Part shown: positions 60,834 through 64,000 of the stretch, piece after piece | Layout: every line of letters begins with the position of its first letter | Numbering within the stretch: position 1 is the stretch's first letter | Made by a program: the position numbers and the translations under genes | The notes under the pieces: model-generated | The model's input: the letters and a program-made list of their open reading frames with translations, nothing else | Database searches by the model: none | Told to the model about the DNA's origin: nothing | Assembly: GCA_964199315.1 (NCBI GenBank) | Contig: OZ116710.1 | Location: 4,960,001-5,024,000 of the forward strand | DNA: 64,000 nucleotides | Direction of reading: 5' to 3' | From: Orbicella franksi | Taxonomy: Eukaryota

Positions 60834-62672
60834 ATAACACATAATGGCATTACGTGTACTTTACGCAACCTTTGTGCAGCTACAAGGAGCATTTCTATTC
60901 CCCTGGGATGGGATACTTGTCAATTTTTTTCTCTGGGTAACATGCTTTTTTCCACCTCCTTGGAATTATTTTCTGGCAATGGTCATGTGCATGAATTATT
61001 TTGTGGTACAAGTATGCTTGCAATAAATGTTTTTCAAAATCACTCACCCACACATCCTACCCAAAAGTCATATGGTCCACCCCCCCCCCCCCCCACAACA
61101 TCAAAATATTTACCAGTTTAGACTTGTAGTTGTCATTGGCTTTACTTGGGGAAGAGCACACTTCAGTCAGGACATAACCTAAAAGCAAGAAAGTAATTTG
61201 TTATCCCCTCAATTCTCACAATAGAATCAGGATTAAAGTTGTACCATCCTGGGGAGCAGGGATGATGAATGATGATGAAGTGGTGGGAGCCCTCGCCTAC
61301 CACAAATGTGGCCCAGCTTCGATTCCAGCCCAATGCCATACAGGTGTATGTGGGTTGAGTTTGTTGTTGGTTCTTGCCTTGTTCCAAGCGTTTTTCTCCG
61401 GGTTCTCTGGTTTTCCTCCCTCCACAAAAAACCAACAAACCAAATGAATTCCAGTACGACCAGGATAGAGGGTCACCCATATGAAAACCAGGTTAAGCTG
61501 ATGTGGCTTCCTCTCTAGATATTGTAATTTACTATTTTAAATTTACAATATCTGCCATGCCAAATTTGCAGAACTTTCATTTGATTACAATTATAGGTAC
61601 AAATAGATACATTAACTAATCCCAAGGGAACTTGAACCAAGTGCACTTGTAAGGTAAATGATTGTATGATGAAAATAACCAAAATAGTGGTCTCACCAAT
61701 TCTTAATTGTAATTTAGGAATTTGCTTTAGGATCTGTTGTTCCATTTCTTGAATGGTGACAGCTTCTGTGACACCTCCAGCAGCCACAGCTTCTAACTCA
61801 CTACAGCATCCCTGTTAAAACCAAACATTGATTCTGGGTTGTCAGTACTACATGTATTTCATGATCTCAGCCAGCTATTCTGCTGAGCTATTTTTCAGAT
61901 TCTTTAGAAAACCATGGCAAAATCACCTGCCTGCTCCAACAATAAAGCTTCCTACTTCAAAGCTATGTGATATCCCTGCATATTATTTTATTAATTCAAG
62001 AATCACAAAAGGTATGGAAAACATGACTGACACTAGTGTTGTATTTATCCCTGGCACCCATAACATGAAGAAACTTGAAGTATCACTTTTCTGCCTGAGT
62101 GGGATGCTAATCAATTCAACCAATCAAACTTTTAAAGAGGGTAGTGCTCACATAATACATGTAGTTTGTAAAACTAATGAACTTGTGGTCACCTAAATAA
62201 AAAACAATTGAAAACTTGTAGAAAGCCTAATTATTTAAAAACCCAATTAAATATTGAAACATAAATATGAGACTAAGGTAACTTCTCACAGGTAAACCCT
62301 CCCCTCCCCAAAAGGAAAAATTTTGTCTGGTTGCCCCAGCAATTAGCTTGTATTGACAAATATGCTTGAAGATGGAGGAGTATTGTGAGAGGAAAGTGTC
62401 GTTAAGACATTTCAATTGATGGTCAAATGACTTTGAAAAGATGCTTGTTATACATGTAGATGGTTATTCATCAATCTCTGGCAAACTCCTGAAGCACATC
62501 AAAAGCTTGCATCGATAAATGCTTGCATGCTCCAAAGGAAAGGCTACAAGTTTAAATATTTCACAGTGAAACATACCTTTAGAGCCAGCTCTATTCCTCT
62601 GGGATTCTTGTGAAAGCCAGCAGGTATGTCTGCTTCTGGTGTTGGTGCTCGATCAAACACTTTCTTGTAATT
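50301..62672 (-). CDS. GARRE1: GARRE1/KIAA0355-like protein (granule-associated Rac and RhoG effector), 5'-partial
   Basis: Exons 62672-62577, 61811-61697, 61178-61114, 60213-60046, 59664-59573, 59206-59081, 58390-58143, 57510-57256, 57096-56292, 55868-55565, 55000-54870, 54287-54206, 53459-53100 are phase-consistent (949 codons). Tentative last exons are 51989-51962 and 50362-50301. Peptides AGFHKNPRGIELALKGCCSE, AKTAVQLVFG, STTWVITED, EELTEVINFLSG, GPDLLAA and SPPLL match recalled human KIAA0355 motifs. I found no upstream exon in the window. Confidence 0.85.
51277..51436. repeat. Near-perfect 160-bp hairpin (fold-back MITE)
   Basis: Arms of about 70 bp: AATAGACCAAATTCGATATATTAAAATTCAGCC... 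and ...GGCTGAATTTTAATATATCGAAATTGGTCTATT. Confidence 0.85.
51457..51538. repeat. 82-bp hairpin mini-MITE
   Basis: AGCCTCCTATGCAGAC..GGCTCGTCACG pairs with CGTGACGAGCC..GTCTGCGTAGGAAGCT. Confidence 0.7.
52615..52800. repeat. Degenerate ~30-bp minisatellite (AAGCGCGGGAAAACAT unit)
   Basis: About 6 imperfect units. A more degenerate array of the same motif lies at about 10040-10380. Confidence 0.65.
53646..53919. mobile_element. MITE (TA(G/A)AGCGGTTT...AAACCGCT(C/G)TA termini)
   Basis: TIR-like ends with internal inverted GATTGG/CCAATC motifs. A related fragment lies at about 9765-9910. Confidence 0.6.
55935..56170 (+). mobile_element. Degenerate tRNA-derived SINE (family of 8033-8333)
   Basis: GGGTTCGAGTCCTGGCTGGGGTCAATGTGTGGTGCTTGGCGAGA...GGGTACCAGC parallels the 8033 copy. 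Confidence 0.55.
59310..59488. mobile_element. MITE with perfect 17-bp TIR
   Basis: CAGGGCTGTCATTAAGG pairs with CCTTAATGACAGCCCTG. No matching 8-bp TSD seen. Confidence 0.75.
60436..60846. mobile_element. tRNA-derived element with internal inverted duplication and 14-bp direct flanking repeat
   Basis: CATAACACATAATG occurs at 60436-60449 and 60833-60846. Inverted arms about 123 bp long lie at 60467-60589 and 60629-60751, and each contains a tRNA-like sequence. Confidence 0.8.
60686..60758 (+). pseudogene. tRNA-like sequence, anticodon GGT (Thr), probably a repeat-borne pseudo-tRNA
   Basis: Perfect acceptor stem GGCTTCA/TGAAGCC, D arm GCTC-AGTTGGTA-GAGC, TTCGAAT T-loop and a downstream T9 run. 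The anticodon stem has wobbles and a mismatch. A truncated inverted copy lies at 60467-60532. Confidence 0.65.
61252..61530 (+). mobile_element. tRNA-derived SINE with V-domain-like centre
   Basis: Degenerate tRNA head (..CTTCGATTCC), then GTGGGTTGAGTTTGTTGTTGGTTC..TTTCTCCGGGTTCTCTGGTTTTCCTCCCTCCAC and an AT-rich tail. Confidence 0.65.
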
Positions 62673-63093
62673 CTAAGGACAAAAATGCATCAGTAAATAC
62701 CTTGCAAAATTATGTAACGCAACTCCAAGAAATTAAGGGGAAAATGTCACTTAGCATAAAGAAAACTGTTTTTTGGTACCCAAAACGACATTTTTAACAA
62801 TTCGAAAACAACAGACATTAAATTTCTCATATCACAAAAGTTCAAGGTGACAATTCTCTTCAGAAAATCAAAGGGGATTAAAGGCCTTCCAAACAGATAA
62901 TTTATCGAAACGATCTGTTGGGTGCCCCTGTGTAAAGTACATGAGTCTTCCAACAAACTAAAATTAAAAAAAGAGGTGTGTACTTAAACTAAAAACCAGA
63001 GGTGGAGAGTAATATTAATTTAAAAAATAATAATAATAATAATAAAAAATAACGAAAACTGTGCTTTTTCTCATTGATTAAATAGTACATGTA

Positions 63094-63490
63094 CCATAAA
63101 TCCTCAAATTAGCACCCTAAAATTTAGGAGAAGATAGGGGCGCTTATTTGAGGGGGGCATTTAATTGAGGGAGGGGGGGCGCTCGTTTAATTTTTCCCAA
63201 ATCATGGTCTGACATGATCATTTTTAATACAACATCTGCACGTAGACAACAGCATAAGCTGTTTATCGACATAAAAAGCTGATTCTTAAGTTTAAATCCC
63301 ATTGTTCACAAAGTGAAACAATGTATAAATCCAATACTACACGACAAAAACTATACATTCCTTGTTGTACTTGTCCACAAAATGGGGGAAGGGGAGGGGG
63401 GGTGCTAATTTTAAATTTTGGCTGATAGGAAGGGCACTTATTCGAAGGGTGCGTTTTTTGGAGGGGATGCAATAATCCAAGGATTTACGG
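63094..63490. mobile_element. Tc1/mariner-type MITE
   Basis: TA|CCATAAATCCT ... AGGATTTACGG|TA. Confidence 0.6.
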
Positions 63491-64000
63491 TATATTAAAC
63501 CACTGCATTAGCACAACTCACTTTAATCAAATATTAATAACTAACATATTAGTGCCTTATTACGTTAGGGCTTTAGCAGACAGCAGCCCCCAACACCATC
63601 ACAATAGTGCACTCTGCCAAAACGTTATCACTCACAATGTCTCAAAACAATACTATTTTACACCAAACTTTTTTCTGATTAAAATATCTCTTTGGTGAAT
63701 GTTTTCGAGTGAGTCTCGCTTCTGCACTCAAAATATAGCAATGTACAGCTCCAGAAAGTATCTCGACATTGTACTTCCCCCACAGAAGGGATTGGAATTT
63801 CCTGGGGGTGGGGTTTCTGTGAGGCCAAAAGATTTAAAGAAATGTATGAAGCTTAATCGGAATTTCCAGAAAAAATCCCTTCTGTGGGGAGGTATGGCAA
63901 TTTTCTGAAATTACACAATAATGATTAATGCATGCAACATACAGTGAGCAAATCATGGATTGTAAAAAAGATGCTTTGTATCATTAGATTTTACAGGGTT

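Noticed and set aside
59951-62193. Possible small exons EPMRTQ (near 59960) and DHKFISFTNYMYY (near 62170)
   Set aside because: Recalled human KIAA0355 aligns without them (..ALK|GCCSE and ..RAHL|VT).
1-64000. CRISPR arrays, rRNA, operons, autonomous transposase or reverse-transcriptase ORFs
   Set aside because: None seen. The 39-bp and 130-bp repeats are directly tandem without unique spacers, and the DNA is eukaryotic.

Overview
This is eukaryotic (animal) genomic DNA with spliceosomal introns. The gene content and repeat style suggest an anthozoan cnidarian, probably a stony coral (inference). I rebuilt five protein-coding genes by hand, checking splice phases: (1) a two-exon divergent DM-domain (DMRT) gene, + strand, 2223-3371; (2) six 3' exons of an ACP7-like purple acid phosphatase, + strand, 5331-13566, whose N-terminal exons I could not find in the window, so DMRT may sit inside one of its introns; (3) an intronless SoxB HMG-box gene, - strand, 19649-20479, flanked by about 27 kb with no recognisable coding sequence; (4) a complete 12-exon C18orf63/DUF4708-like gene, - strand, 41367-49419, about 773 aa, with a U12-type intron, an Argonaute N-L1-PAZ-like N-terminal half and a C-terminal SAP/HeH-like motif; (5) the 3' 13-15 exons of a GARRE1/KIAA0355-like gene, - strand, about 50301-62672, running off the window. 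Introns and intergenic DNA are rich in MITEs, tRNA-derived SINEs, hairpins and simple repeats. One element is a TSD-flanked inverted duplication of a tRNA-Thr(GGT)-like sequence, and another is a GC-rich multi-hairpin tandem element. Family names come from recalled sequences, not database searches.
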